64,000 bases of DNA from an uncultured bacterium (GTDB lineage: Bacteria > Fidelibacterota > Marinisomatia > Marinisomatales > UBA1611), in contig CBFIBM010000009.1 of the NCBI GenBank assembly GCA_965660855.1, forward strand, positions 15,588-79,587, given 5' to 3'. Below are positions 1-10,542 of the stretch, piece by piece; position 1 is the stretch's first letter, and every line of letters begins with the position of its first letter. The notes beneath the pieces were generated by a model, which was given only the letters and a program-made list of their open reading frames with translations, searched no databases and had not been told where the DNA came from. The position numbers and the translations under genes are program-made.

Positions 1-1
1 T

Positions 2-2218
2 AATCGCTTTCAATTTAAATATCGAACTATTATCTCATTTGTAATTGTTTTGATAGGAATTATTTATTCTGATTTATTTTTTCATCAAAATTTTCAATTA
101 ATCGCAAACTACCTAGATACAACTTTTGGTATCTCAATGGTTGATCATGAAAATGTTCCTCTTGATTGGGCTCCAGAAATATGGGGTGGTGTTTTGGCAA
201 TGGTCCTCGGGACTTTAATAATTGTTATTGCTATTGCTGCAGAATCATCACCAAAGCTAATGGACCTCTTTGTTAAGGATTGGTTAAGTTTACTTTATGT
301 CTGGTTTTTAATAATTGCATCTCTTCATGCAACATTGATAATGTTTTATATTGAACCTCTTAATCGATATTCAAGTGTAATCCTAAATTCATATGTATAC
401 CTCTTAATTGGATCCGCATTTACTCTTCCTTATATATTTTATATTCTACTTTACTCGAAGACAAGTAATGTAGTATCAACAATTTCATCTCTTATTCAAG
501 GTTATATTTATGAAATGGAAAAACCTATGATTAGATCTGCAATGAATGGAAGTAGTGATGTTGTTGAAGAATATCAAAAAGAAATAATGGGTTCACTTGA
601 TCAACTTGATGATTTACTTGCATTTACAGAGTTTAAAGAAACTCAGACAGATATCGTGCGTGAAATAAGTACAATAATTCAGACATATATTATTAGGAAA
701 TCAAATTTTAACAAATCTTTCTTTCAGCTTACGGGTGCTATAAAATCAAATGCAACTTTCCGGACATATACTGATGCACAATATAATGAGATGGCAGACT
801 CAATGTCTTTTTACGAAGTTAAAACCTTTAGACTTTTAGGAAGTTCATATATTAAAATGATCACAAATGACAGGTTTGATATAGCTTCATTAATTCCTGC
901 TGAAATGGTAGATATTGGGAAAACCTGCTTAAAAAAGAATGATGATACTATTCTTGGTCATGTAAATATTAGGTTCAATACACTTTTTAGGTTTGCAATA
1001 AAACATGCTTACAAAAATAATGAGCCAAGAAATTTATACAATTTATCATTCCATTACTCTAACATGATCCAAGAATACATAAAAGCAGATAGAGTGGATA
1101 TGGCAAAATATTGCTATGATAAGTTTAAGTTTTATGCAAATGACATTTATAAGAATGCACAGTCTAACCCCGGATTGTATTTTGTTGTTGATACTCTCAC
1201 TTTTGAACTTAGAAAATGCCAAGTTCTGATCCATGAAAAAAATTGGGAGACACAAGACCAAATGGACTTACTTAAAATGGTTTTACAATTAGATAAACCT
1301 CCAGGCTATTCTAAAGATGAAGTAGACAAGGGCATTCTTGGCGGGAATAATGGAACTCGAAGGATTCAAATAGGTTTAGCTCTATTTTATATGTCCGTTG
1401 AGAAAGTTGATTTTGCAGCTGAAATTGCTGAAGATTATTTGGATGACTTAGCATACTTTGATGAAAAAACTTTTAAAGCAAATGTAGGGACGCAGTGTTT
1501 TCTACTATCCATATTCACTCCTCATTTTTGGGAAGATACTGATAGGGGAACGTTAAATATATATTTTGCAGCTGAAAAAGAACAACTGGAGCCATTCAAA
1601 GAACTTCTTTTTGGACTAATGGATAAGAGACTTGAAGCTCTTGAACGAGATGTTAAATTTCTATCACTTGAAGTTGATAAACTGATGCAGAAAAGACAGA
1701 GACAAGATGGATATTTAAATGATCTAGATAAGGAAAAACTTGAAGAATTACAGCTAAAAATATCTGCTAGGGAAAGGTCAGATGATGAACCAGATATAGC
1801 ATGGTCATTAAATCATGACATTGTGTATTCTTTATTGTGTATTTCATTTTTTGCTGATCAAGAGATTGATGACTCAGAAAAAGATGTGATTTTTAATAGC
1901 TACAGTGATTTCATCCCTAGTGTTACAAATGAATCATATAATCAAGATTTTGGAATAGCGACAGGAAAATTCATAGAGCTAAAAAATGAAGAAGCTCGAC
2001 AAAAACAATTTGATGACTCTCTATTAAAAATTAAGGAGGATGAAAGTATTACAGAGGATAAACTAAAGGATCTAATTAATGCATTTGTTGATATTGCAAA
2101 TGCGGACGATTTCATTCATGAGAATGAAGTTCTATTGATTAATAATGCTTTAAAAATATGGGATCTAGATTTAAATATATCAAAACCAAAAAATGGTGAA
2201 AAGTTAAAAATACTATAA
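2..2218 (+). CDS. Membrane protein (DUF2254-like N-terminus) fused to a C-terminal TerB-like domain; probably 5'-truncated by the window edge
   Basis: Frame is open from base 2 (NRFQFKYRTIISFVIVLIG...). Several N-terminal hydrophobic helices, a long helical region, and two TerB-type motifs (FADQEIDDSE, NADDFIHENE) at the C-terminus. Confidence 0.6.
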   Translation, partial: NRFQFKYRTIISFVIVLIGIIYSDLFFHQNFQLIANYLDTTFGISMVDHENVPLDWAPEIWGGVLAMVLGTLIIVIAIAAESSPKLMDLFVKDWLSLLYVWFLIIASLHATLIMFYIEPLNRYSSVILNSYVYLLIGSAFTLPYIFYILLYSKTSNVVSTISSLIQGYIYEMEKPMIRSAMNGSSDVVEEYQKEIMGSLDQLDDLLAFTEFKETQTDIVREISTIIQTYIIRKSNFNKSFFQLTGAIKSNATFRTYTDAQYNEMADSMSFYEVKTFRLLGSSYIKMITNDRFDIASLIPAEMVDIGKTCLKKNDDTILGHVNIRFNTLFRFAIKHAYKNNEPRNLYNLSFHYSNMIQEYIKADRVDMAKYCYDKFKFYANDIYKNAQSNPGLYFVVDTLTFELRKCQVLIHEKNWETQDQMDLLKMVLQLDKPPGYSKDEVDKGILGGNNGTRRIQIGLALFYMSVEKVDFAAEIAEDYLDDLAYFDEKTFKANVGTQCFLLSIFTPHFWEDTDRGTLNIYFAAEKEQLEPFKELLFGLMDKRLEALERDVKFLSLEVDKLMQKRQRQDGYLNDLDKEKLEELQLKISARERSDDEPDIAWSLNHDIVYSLLCISFFADQEIDDSEKDVIFNSYSDFIPSVTNESYNQDFGIATGKFIELKNEEARQKQFDDSLLKIKEDESITEDKLKDLINAFVDIANADDFIHENEVLLINNALKIWDLDLNISKPKNGEKLKIL

Positions 2219-2221
2219 ATT

Positions 2222-2785
2222 TTATCTAGAAAGCGCATAAAAAAAAGCTTGAGTAAGATTTGATACATCCCCACTTACTGTAGCAAGATTATTAACAGCA
2301 GATTTTGCAACCTCAAAATAAACATTACCGCCAATACCTGGGTTTTCTTTTACAATTTTCGTAAAGTCTTCTAATTTTAAAATTCCATACTTTAATGGTG
2401 TCGTTGAATGAACATGCGCTGTTCTAATTGCATTATCAAGTACTAAAGAAAATTCACCAATTCCAAAAGCTGGAGCTTCAACAACGAACACTGTAGGTTC
2501 AGTTTCAGGTTTCTTTTCTGGCTTAGGATCGGTTGTTTCTAATCTTATAATTGATTTTCGGGAAGTAGTAAATCCACTAGAAGTCTTAACCATCATATCT
2601 TTCGATACTTCAACTTGACCCTGAAATACTAAAATCATTGTATCACCAGTATCTCCTTCTTTAAAAAGATGGGTTCCAGATTTACATTTTTCTAGAGTTA
2701 CAACATCAGCTATTTTTTTACAATTTTCAATTTTAACTTTGCTAAAGTGGTTAATCTTTTTTATTTGTTCAGGAGTTGGTTTCAT
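2222..2785 (-). CDS. Stand-alone cyclic nucleotide-binding domain protein
   Basis: LFKEGDTGDTM...GQVEV and phosphate-binding cassette GEFSLV...RTAHV; no C-terminal HTH. Confidence 0.85.
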   Translation of the reverse strand: MKPTPEQIKKINHFSKVKIENCKKIADVVTLEKCKSGTHLFKEGDTGDTMILVFQGQVEVSKDMMVKTSSGFTTSRKSIIRLETTDPKPEKKPETEPTVFVVEAPAFGIGEFSLVLDNAIRTAHVHSTTPLKYGILKLEDFTKIVKENPGIGGNVYFEVAKSAVNNLATVSGDVSNLTQAFFYALSR

Positions 2786-2788
2786 ATT

Positions 2789-4189
2789 CTACCTCAAAAT
2801 TAATGCTCTATGTTTCTCATCTATTACGTAACTATCTGGTGGATTAATTTCAACTACTACGTGCTCGTCACTTGTTAAACTAACTCCTGCACCATCTAAC
2901 TGTTCTTTTATCATGTTTCGAATTAGTGGACTTCCACTATCTCCCATTTGATCATCAAGACTAAATCCTGATTTTCTAATAGCATATCCCACTAATAGCC
3001 AACCATATTTAAATTTATAAAAAGCTGATATTTTATTATGCGTCTGACCACCTAATGCTTTTGGGATTGGAACTTCTTGCAATCCCTGATCTTTGTCTTC
3101 TTGTAATATGAGATCATCAAAAAATTGTGGTACTCCAGGGTCAGTAATATGCTTAGCTAATAAATGAGGAACATGTTCTTGTGGTATGACAATTTCGTTT
3201 GCATTCGCTCTTTGCAAATGTGAAACATTCTCTGAATTGATTACATGAGCAACAACATTACATGATTCGGAAATTGATTTTGCAGTTAAACAGGTTAGTA
3301 CTGATTTATCCTCAGCAGGCTCTTCATGAGGTAATAGGCCTGAACTGTCTGGCAGAATCATTAAGGTATTTGCTTTATCTAAAAAAGCTTTTTTTAGAAC
3401 AGATTCTTGGGTGCAATTTTCAAATATATGAGTGATGTCTAATCTCTCAAAATTTCCAGTATGTCGCTGTATAATGTCTTGATCTGTTTCATTAATTAAA
3501 ATGATAACTGGATTTGCTTCTTTATTTTCTTCAATAATTTTCAATATGCTTGAAACTGTATTGTTCCATCCAGCAATAATTAAATGATTAATAAATTTAT
3601 TTTCATCCAAATCATCATCTCCTTTTAATTTTTGAGCTACTAGTACAGACGCGACAGCTCCACCAAGTAATGTAACAACACCAAAATTCAATAACATTAT
3701 AATAATTGTTAAAAATTTACCTATATGTGTTATTGGGCTTACATCTCCGTATCCTACTGTGGTAAATGTAACGATAGCCCACCAAAATGTGTGGAAAAAA
3801 GTATCAATCCAATTTGGTTCTTTACCTCCAAAAATAAAACTCCCTTCTGTATCTTCTACAACACTATCTCTAAACATATCATATTCAATATATGTGAGAG
3901 CAGACGTAGAAATAATTATCAGAAAAAAAGACCAAACTGCATATCTAAATAATTCATTTTCAATATAAGAAGTCCTAATTCTTGATACTGTTTCTTTTAT
4001 TGGAAATTTAGAATTCTTAAGATGTTCTGGGGTTTCTTCTTTTTCTACTTCAATTGACTGAATAGCTTCAATTTCAGGTATTTTGTTTAACTTATCATAA
4101 AGATCTTTATTCGCATTGAGGACTTTAGCTAATTGCTTGTCCTTTATTTGTGAAGAATCTGAGCTTTTTTTACCTGAATTTGATTTCAT
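2789..4189 (-). CDS. 2-TM potassium channel with RCK (TrkA-N-like) domain
   Basis: Pore helix and filter WWAIVTFTTVGYGD, then a Rossmann-like RCK domain (NHLIIAGWN, AHVINSENVSHLQRANANEIV). Confidence 0.92.
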   Translation of the reverse strand: MKSNSGKKSSDSSQIKDKQLAKVLNANKDLYDKLNKIPEIEAIQSIEVEKEETPEHLKNSKFPIKETVSRIRTSYIENELFRYAVWSFFLIIISTSALTYIEYDMFRDSVVEDTEGSFIFGGKEPNWIDTFFHTFWWAIVTFTTVGYGDVSPITHIGKFLTIIIMLLNFGVVTLLGGAVASVLVAQKLKGDDDLDENKFINHLIIAGWNNTVSSILKIIEENKEANPVIILINETDQDIIQRHTGNFERLDITHIFENCTQESVLKKAFLDKANTLMILPDSSGLLPHEEPAEDKSVLTCLTAKSISESCNVVAHVINSENVSHLQRANANEIVIPQEHVPHLLAKHITDPGVPQFFDDLILQEDKDQGLQEVPIPKALGGQTHNKISAFYKFKYGWLLVGYAIRKSGFSLDDQMGDSGSPLIRNMIKEQLDGAGVSLTSDEHVVVEINPPDSYVIDEKHRALILR

Positions 4190-4254
4190 AATCGGTTTTT
4201 TTAACTCATAAATATAATAATATATTGTGTTTAAATAATACCTTTGAAAAAACC

Positions 4255-7200
4255 CTAAGCATGATATTCTTGAATAGATTTTACCTCTATTTGGTTTTCT
4301 TCAATGCGAATAGATCTAACAACTGCACTTGCTCCAGCTAATGTCGTCACGGCTAAAATATTTTTTTGTATACAAGATCTCCCAATCGATTCTTCGTCAT
4401 ACCTTGATTGCGCTCCCATTGGTGTGTTAATTACTAGTTGTATTTTCTCATTTTTAATTTCGTCAACAACATTAGGTCTTCCTTCTCCTACTTTAAAGAT
4501 TGAATTTGCCCTTATTCCGTTTTTTTGTAATTCTTTTGCCGTTCCTGTAGTTGCTAAAATTTCAAAACCCATCTCGATTAAATCCCTAGCAATAGGTATT
4601 ACATTTAGTTTATCTTTTTTATTTACCGATATAAAAACACATCCTTTTTTAGGTATCTTATTTCCAGCACTAATAGAGGCTCTTCTAAATGACTCTCCTA
4701 AAGTTTTAGAGATACCCATGACCTCTCCTGTCGATTTCATTTCTGGGCTCAAGAAAATTGATTCTTCAGGAAATTTATTAAATGGTAAAACCGCCTCTTT
4801 AACTGCCGTATAAGGATTTTTATCCCAAGGTTTTAAATTAAAACTAGATAATGGCACACCTAATGCAAGTTGGGAAGCAATTCTAGCGAGAGGAGTATTA
4901 GTTGTTTTACTTACAAATGGAATTGTTCTACTTGCTCTTGGATTAACCTCCAAAACAAAAACTTCACCTTCTTTATAAGCGAATTGTAAATTAATCAAAC
5001 CTTTCACATTTAATTTTAAGGCCAGAGAAGTAGTTACATCTAAAATTTGATCTAATGCTTCTGTTCTAATATTATATGGTGGTAAAACACAGGCAGAATC
5101 TCCTGAGTGTATACCGGCTTCTTCAATGTGTTGCATAACTGCACCAATATGAACAGTTGAACCGTCAGACAAAGCATCAACATCAAACTCAAAAGCATCC
5201 TCTAAAAACTCATCAATTAGTATTGGATGCCCAGCCGTAACATCAGCTGAACGAGATATATAATCTATTAACTGGCGTTTAGAATAAACTATTTCCATTG
5301 CACGACCTCCAAGAACATAACTTGGTCGAGCAAGTACAGGATAGCCAATTTTTTCTGCAACTTTTATAACTTCATCTAATGTTTTTCCTGTTCCATATTT
5401 AGGACATCTTATACTTAACTCCTTGAGAACTTCACCAAATTTTTCTCTATCCTCCGCTAAATCAATATCCTTAGGAGACGTTCCAATAATTGGCGCTCCT
5501 GCATTTAAGAGATCATTTGCAATTTTAAGTGGCGTTTGTCCTCCAAACTGGACCAATACGCCATCAGGCTTTTCAAATTCAATTATATTTAATACGTCTT
5601 CATAGGTAACAGGCTCAAAGTAAAGTCTATCTACAAGGTCAAAGTCCGTACTCACAGTTTCTGGATTGCAGTTAATCATTATTGCTTTAACATTTTGATC
5701 TCTCAATCCGTATACAGCTTGTACACAACAATAATCAAATTCAATTCCTTGCCCTATACGATTTGGACCCCCTCCTAAAATAATAACTTTTTCCCCCTTT
5801 AAAGGTTCGATTTCATTTTCAAAATCATATGAAGAGTAGCAATAGGGTGTTTTTGCGATAAATTCGGCTGCGCAAGTATCTACAACCTTAAATGATGGTG
5901 TTACGGATTCTTTCTTTCTTCTTAATCTAATTTCATTTACGGTGGTTTTATAAAATCGACTAATTTGAATATCAGAGAATCCATCAGATTTTAAATCTCT
6001 CAAAGTACTTTTCCTATCTGTTAAGGCTAAGCTTTTTATCTCCTCCAAAAACCATGGATCAATTTTTGTTAAAGAATGGATCCTTTCAACTGTTTCTCCT
6101 TTGGCAAATGCTTCTCTGACTTTTAATAATCTAAAACTAGTTGCAAACCTTAAAGCTGACATATCTAGAGGTTTTGACCTAATTAGATCGGGATCTTCTC
6201 TTAATTGATTTTTTGCTTCTAAACCATCTAAGCCCACCTCTAAAGAACGAAAAGCCTTTTGAATAGACTCCTTAAAAGTCCTCCCAATAGCCATAACTTC
6301 CCCAACGCTTTGCATCTGTACTCCCAAATGCCCTGAAGCTGATGGAAATTTTTCAAAATCAAATCTTGGTATTTTGGTAACTATATAGTCTAAAGTTGGT
6401 TCAAATGCGGCTAATGTTTTCCCTGTAATTTCGTTTTCTAACTCATCTAAGGTATAACCTATTGCTAACTTTGCAGCAACCTTTGCAATTGGAAATCCCG
6501 TTGCTTTTGAAGCCAAAGCAGACGATCTGCTTACTCTTGGATTCATCTCAATTATTATACATCTTCCATTGGCCGGGTTAACAGCAAATTGAACATTAGA
6601 GCCTCCTGTTTCTACGCCTATAGTCCTTAAGCAAAGAATGGACCAATTCCTCATCTTTTGCAATTCTTTATCTGAAAGTGTAATTGATGGTGCAACCGTA
6701 ATAGAGTCACCTGTATGAACTCCCATTGGATCAATATTCTCTATTGAACAAATAATTATAGCATTATCAGAACTATCTCGAATAACTTCTAATTCAAATT
6801 CTTTCCATCCAAGCAATGACTCTTCAATCAATACTTCATTAATAGGACTAGCATTTAATCCCTTTTCAACTAAATCTTGAAATTCTTCGTAATTATAAGC
6901 AACAGATCCACCAGTACCACCAAGTGTAAATGAAGGCCTTATAATCATTGGAAAATTTAACTTTCCCAACAGTGATTCTGCCTCTTCCCAAGAATGTACA
7001 AAACCACCTTGAGCCGTATCGATTCCAACTCTATCCATTTCTTCTTTAAATCTCTCTCGATCTTCAGCTTTTTCAATTGCATCAACTTGAGCACCAATTA
7101 ATTGAACATTATATTTTTCAAGAAATCCTTTTTTATGAAGTTCTATTGCAAGATTTAAAGCTGTTTGTCCTCCTACAGTAGGGAGAATTGCATCGGGTTT

Positions 7201-7443
7201 TTCTTTAATAATTATAGCTTCTAGAAATTCAACAGTTAGCGGTTCAATGTAGGTTGCATCTGCAATTTGAGGATCTGTCATAATTGTTGCAGGGTTTGAA
7301 TTTATTAAAACAATCTTATAGCCTTCCTCTTTTAGTGCTCTTGCTGCTTGTGTGCCTGAATAATCAAACTCACAAGCTTGTCCAATAACTATAGGACCTG
7401 CACCAATTATTAAAATTTTATTTATATTATTATTTTTTGGCAT
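4255..7443 (-). CDS. carB: Carbamoyl-phosphate synthase large subunit
   Basis: [20 protein letters not shown], duplicated ATP-grasp halves, C-terminal MGS domain; 1062 aa. Confidence 0.99.
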   Translation of the reverse strand: MPKNNNINKILIIGAGPIVIGQACEFDYSGTQAARALKEEGYKIVLINSNPATIMTDPQIADATYIEPLTVEFLEAIIIKEKPDAILPTVGGQTALNLAIELHKKGFLEKYNVQLIGAQVDAIEKAEDRERFKEEMDRVGIDTAQGGFVHSWEEAESLLGKLNFPMIIRPSFTLGGTGGSVAYNYEEFQDLVEKGLNASPINEVLIEESLLGWKEFELEVIRDSSDNAIIICSIENIDPMGVHTGDSITVAPSITLSDKELQKMRNWSILCLRTIGVETGGSNVQFAVNPANGRCIIIEMNPRVSRSSALASKATGFPIAKVAAKLAIGYTLDELENEITGKTLAAFEPTLDYIVTKIPRFDFEKFPSASGHLGVQMQSVGEVMAIGRTFKESIQKAFRSLEVGLDGLEAKNQLREDPDLIRSKPLDMSALRFATSFRLLKVREAFAKGETVERIHSLTKIDPWFLEEIKSLALTDRKSTLRDLKSDGFSDIQISRFYKTTVNEIRLRRKKESVTPSFKVVDTCAAEFIAKTPYCYSSYDFENEIEPLKGEKVIILGGGPNRIGQGIEFDYCCVQAVYGLRDQNVKAIMINCNPETVSTDFDLVDRLYFEPVTYEDVLNIIEFEKPDGVLVQFGGQTPLKIANDLLNAGAPIIGTSPKDIDLAEDREKFGEVLKELSIRCPKYGTGKTLDEVIKVAEKIGYPVLARPSYVLGGRAMEIVYSKRQLIDYISRSADVTAGHPILIDEFLEDAFEFDVDALSDGSTVHIGAVMQHIEEAGIHSGDSACVLPPYNIRTEALDQILDVTTSLALKLNVKGLINLQFAYKEGEVFVLEVNPRASRTIPFVSKTTNTPLARIASQLALGVPLSSFNLKPWDKNPYTAVKEAVLPFNKFPEESIFLSPEMKSTGEVMGISKTLGESFRRASISAGNKIPKKGCVFISVNKKDKLNVIPIARDLIEMGFEILATTGTAKELQKNGIRANSIFKVGEGRPNVVDEIKNEKIQLVINTPMGAQSRYDEESIGRSCIQKNILAVTTLAGASAVVRSIRIEENQIEVKSIQEYHA

Positions 7444-8518
7444 TTTTCATAAGATTTATAAATTTTTTGAATAAATATCGACTATCATGAGGTCCAGGAC
7501 TAGCTTCAGGATGATATTGTACTGAAAAAGCACAGTAACTTATTGATTCTATACCCGCAGAAGTATTGTCATTTAAATTAATATGAGTTGACTTAACACT
7601 ATTTGGTAAGCTATTTAGGTCAACTGCAAAACCATGATTTTGGCTAGTAATCTCAACTAAACCTGTTTTAAGGTTTTTTACTGGATGATTAATGCCTCTG
7701 TGCCCAAATTTAAGTTTGAAAGTTTTTGCTCCCAAAGCCAATGCAAGGATTTGGTGTCCTAAGCAAATTCCAAATATTGGGAACTGCCCCAGAATTTTTT
7801 TTATCAAATCTATACCGTAAGATACAGCAGATGGGTCACCTGGTCCATTTGATAAAAAAACTCCATGTGGTGAAAAAGCTAACAAATCGTCGTAAGATGT
7901 GTTTGCAGGAAATACTTTAATACTACAGTCATTACTTCTAAGCTGACGTAAAATATTAGTTTTTATTCCAAAATCAATTGCTGCAACTTTATATTTTTTT
8001 GAATTGTCGTTTTTAAATGTATATGCATTCCTACATGTTACATTCTTTACGAGATCTAGTCCAGACATAGACGGGGACTTATCTAACTTTGATTTTAATG
8101 AATCTAAATCTGTATCTATTGATGAAATTATTCCATTCATTGCTCCATTATCTCTGATATGCCTGGTAATTGATCTAGTATCAATTTTTTTAATCCCTAC
8201 TATATTATTTTCTTTTAAGTATTCTCCTATTGATTTCTCTGATCTCCAATTTGAAGGTATTGCTGATTCTTCTTTAATTATAAAACCCGCAACTTGAATT
8301 TTACTAGATTCCGTGTCGTTATTATTAATCCCATAATTTCCAATATGAGGAGAAGTCATAGTTACTATTTGCTGTGAATAAGATGGGTCAGTTAAAATCT
8401 CTTGATAGCCTGTCATCCCTGTATTAAAACAAACTTCGCCAACAACTTCGCCGATAGCACCAAAAGAGGACCCTTTATAAACTTTGCCATCAGCTAAAAG
8501 TAACAATGCTTGCTTCAT
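7430..8518 (-). CDS. carA: Carbamoyl-phosphate synthase small subunit
   Basis: [41 protein letters not shown]. Confidence 0.99.
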   Translation of the reverse strand: MKQALLLLADGKVYKGSSFGAIGEVVGEVCFNTGMTGYQEILTDPSYSQQIVTMTSPHIGNYGINNNDTESSKIQVAGFIIKEESAIPSNWRSEKSIGEYLKENNIVGIKKIDTRSITRHIRDNGAMNGIISSIDTDLDSLKSKLDKSPSMSGLDLVKNVTCRNAYTFKNDNSKKYKVAAIDFGIKTNILRQLRSNDCSIKVFPANTSYDDLLAFSPHGVFLSNGPGDPSAVSYGIDLIKKILGQFPIFGICLGHQILALALGAKTFKLKFGHRGINHPVKNLKTGLVEITSQNHGFAVDLNSLPNSVKSTHINLNDNTSAGIESISYCAFSVQYHPEASPGPHDSRYLFKKFINLMKNAKK

Positions 8519-8573
8519 AAAATTTATATTTTAATGGGAAGGGGGAGTGATATCTCAAAAAGTTAAAAAAGTA

Positions 8574-8591
8574 TATGTATTTAAATACATA
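8574..8591. promoter_or_regulatory. Perfect 18-bp palindrome upstream of carAB; possible ARG box or terminator hairpin
   Basis: TATGTATTTAAATACATA matches the ArgR consensus WNTGNATWWWWATNCANW; on the minus strand it is followed by a T-tract. Confidence 0.4.
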
Positions 8592-8659
8592 AAATATCAT
8601 CGCTGAATTTGAGACTACTTGATCAAAATACAAATAAACTTTATTAGTTTATTACAGTA

Positions 8660-9511
8660 TTATTTTAAAAGAACTAAAACCTTACAATTTGTTAATAAAC
8701 CAAATTTTTTCTCAACATCTCTAATTTTATCAGCGTCAAAGTTTGAAACAGTTAAATTTACCGTATCATCGCTTGTTATAGCTTCAACAAAAAGAGGATT
8801 ATTACCTACACGACGCAAGACATTCCCATCTTCTGGTGAATGTGCGTAGCCAATCGGACCTCTGTTAACTGACCTTGACCTTGTATAATGCCTAGGTCCG
8901 TAAACTAGTTTATCCGCTTCACTAAAAACTTTTGGTACCATTGCTGGAACATGATAAATATTACGAGCGTCAATAATTATTCCAGAAACTCTCTCTGATT
9001 TTGGGATTGAATTCTTTGTCATCAAAAACGTTGATTGAGAAATATTCTCATTCATATGTCCACCTGCATCGATAAGTATTTCAGCAAGTCCAGACATTTT
9101 TACAGCAAGAGATATTTCAACCTCTTTTTTCTCAAGGTACTCAATTTCACCTTGTTGAAAAGCACTTTCAACTAATGATTCAACTCTATTTTTTGTAAAA
9201 TGATCCTCTAACATTAATTCGCCAACCATTCTGCCATCAAAATTGACTAATTTTACAATATCAAGTAGGTTTTCTCGTGCTCTTGCTTTGGCTTCCCCCT
9301 TAGAAATTTTTAAATTTTTCTCAATAACTTCTAGTCCACCAGAATTAGTTCTACGCTCGATAATTAAAGAAGATCCTTTTGCTAAAATTATTCTATCCTG
9401 ATAATCGATAAATCCATTATCCAATAAAATAGTTGATGATTTAGACATATCAAATCCGAAAAGGACGGTAACTAAAATTTGAAAGTTTATAAAATATTTA
9501 AACATTATCAC
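8660..9511 (-). CDS. Exported hypothetical protein (LPP20-like family)
   Basis: Signal-like N-terminus (start may be ATG at 9505); conserved-looking motifs SGIIIDAR, PAMVPKV, RVGNNPL. Family recognised from memory only. Confidence 0.5.
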   Translation of the reverse strand: MIMFKYFINFQILVTVLFGFDMSKSSTILLDNGFIDYQDRIILAKGSSLIIERRTNSGGLEVIEKNLKISKGEAKARARENLLDIVKLVNFDGRMVGELMLEDHFTKNRVESLVESAFQQGEIEYLEKKEVEISLAVKMSGLAEILIDAGGHMNENISQSTFLMTKNSIPKSERVSGIIIDARNIYHVPAMVPKVFSEADKLVYGPRHYTRSRSVNRGPIGYAHSPEDGNVLRRVGNNPLFVEAITSDDTVNLTVSNFDADKIRDVEKKFGLLTNCKVLVLLK

Positions 9512-9667
9512 TCTTTTTGTTGTACTAATTACTTACCAAGATAAGCATAATTAAACTCTATAAAAAAATAAATCAAAGTTTTATTTTACAGTAGTATTAA
9601 ATAATATAAGTACACTGAGGTATGATAATAATTACAAGTATATTCACTAAGCTTTAAAAATAAAATT

Positions 9668-10090
9668 ATGCAATTTTATAAACTATTTTTAACATTATTT
9701 TTATTTAGTTCAATTATTAATGCAAATGATAAATTTGATGAAAATCAGATAGTTATCATGCTCAATGAGTATTTTATATCTGAGAAAGGTCCAACTCTTC
9801 TTGGGCACCGGTTCTACAAAACAAAAAAAAATGAAATTATACAACTAGAAATAGAGCAAAATGAACAAAATCCTAACACTTCATTATTGTTTAGTTTCAA
9901 AGCAATGAGCTTAATAACGAATGTCTCACAAAAAGAATTTAATTTAGGTATATTAGTAATGCATTCAGAAAATAGAATAACACCTATCATTGCTGAAACA
10001 GATATAAAATGTGCTCAAAGTTTTTTTTTAGAAAAACAAATAGGTGAAAAGAAATGGCGAAAAAATTGTTTAACCATAAAGCATAATTAA
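9668..10090 (+). CDS. Hypothetical secreted protein
   Basis: 140-aa ORF with signal-peptide-like N-terminus; first gene of a tightly packed + strand run. Confidence 0.6.
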   Translation: MQFYKLFLTLFLFSSIINANDKFDENQIVIMLNEYFISEKGPTLLGHRFYKTKKNEIIQLEIEQNEQNPNTSLLFSFKAMSLITNVSQKEFNLGILVMHSENRITPIIAETDIKCAQSFFLEKQIGEKKWRKNCLTIKHN

Positions 10091-10095
10091 ATTCT

Positions 10096-10542
10096 ATGAT
10101 GGTTCTTAAATTTTTCCTTTTTTGTTTTTCAATAATTTTTGCACAAATTGAATATCAGGTACGTGATAAAAATCCAGGACTTTTTAAAAACCAGAGATTA
10201 TATCATATTCCTCCAAAACCATTTTTTAAAAAGAGGCCTCACAAATTAAATTTTATAACAGATATTCCACCAGACTCCATTATTGTAAGTAGTTTGTTTT
10301 TTAAAACTAATCTTATGGAATATTACCAAGAAATAAAACTAACTGGAATAGCTGGCTCATATACTTTTTTATATAATCCAGAAGAATATCCTGGAGATAG
10401 ATTACAATATTATTTTACTATAAAAACAAAAGAAAAGTTATTTGGAACACCAATTAATGATGACGGAAAACTTCAACCTGTGGACAAACTTCTTATTGAC
10501 CCAAAGCAATACTTTGATCAACAGCGTCGCTTAAATAAATGA
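10096..10542 (+). CDS. Hypothetical secreted protein (possible beta-sandwich)
   Basis: Signal-like N-terminus; YHIPP...LQYYF pattern; overlaps the ligA start. Confidence 0.6.
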   Translation: MMVLKFFLFCFSIIFAQIEYQVRDKNPGLFKNQRLYHIPPKPFFKKRPHKLNFITDIPPDSIIVSSLFFKTNLMEYYQEIKLTGIAGSYTFLYNPEEYPGDRLQYYFTIKTKEKLFGTPINDDGKLQPVDKLLIDPKQYFDQQRRLNK

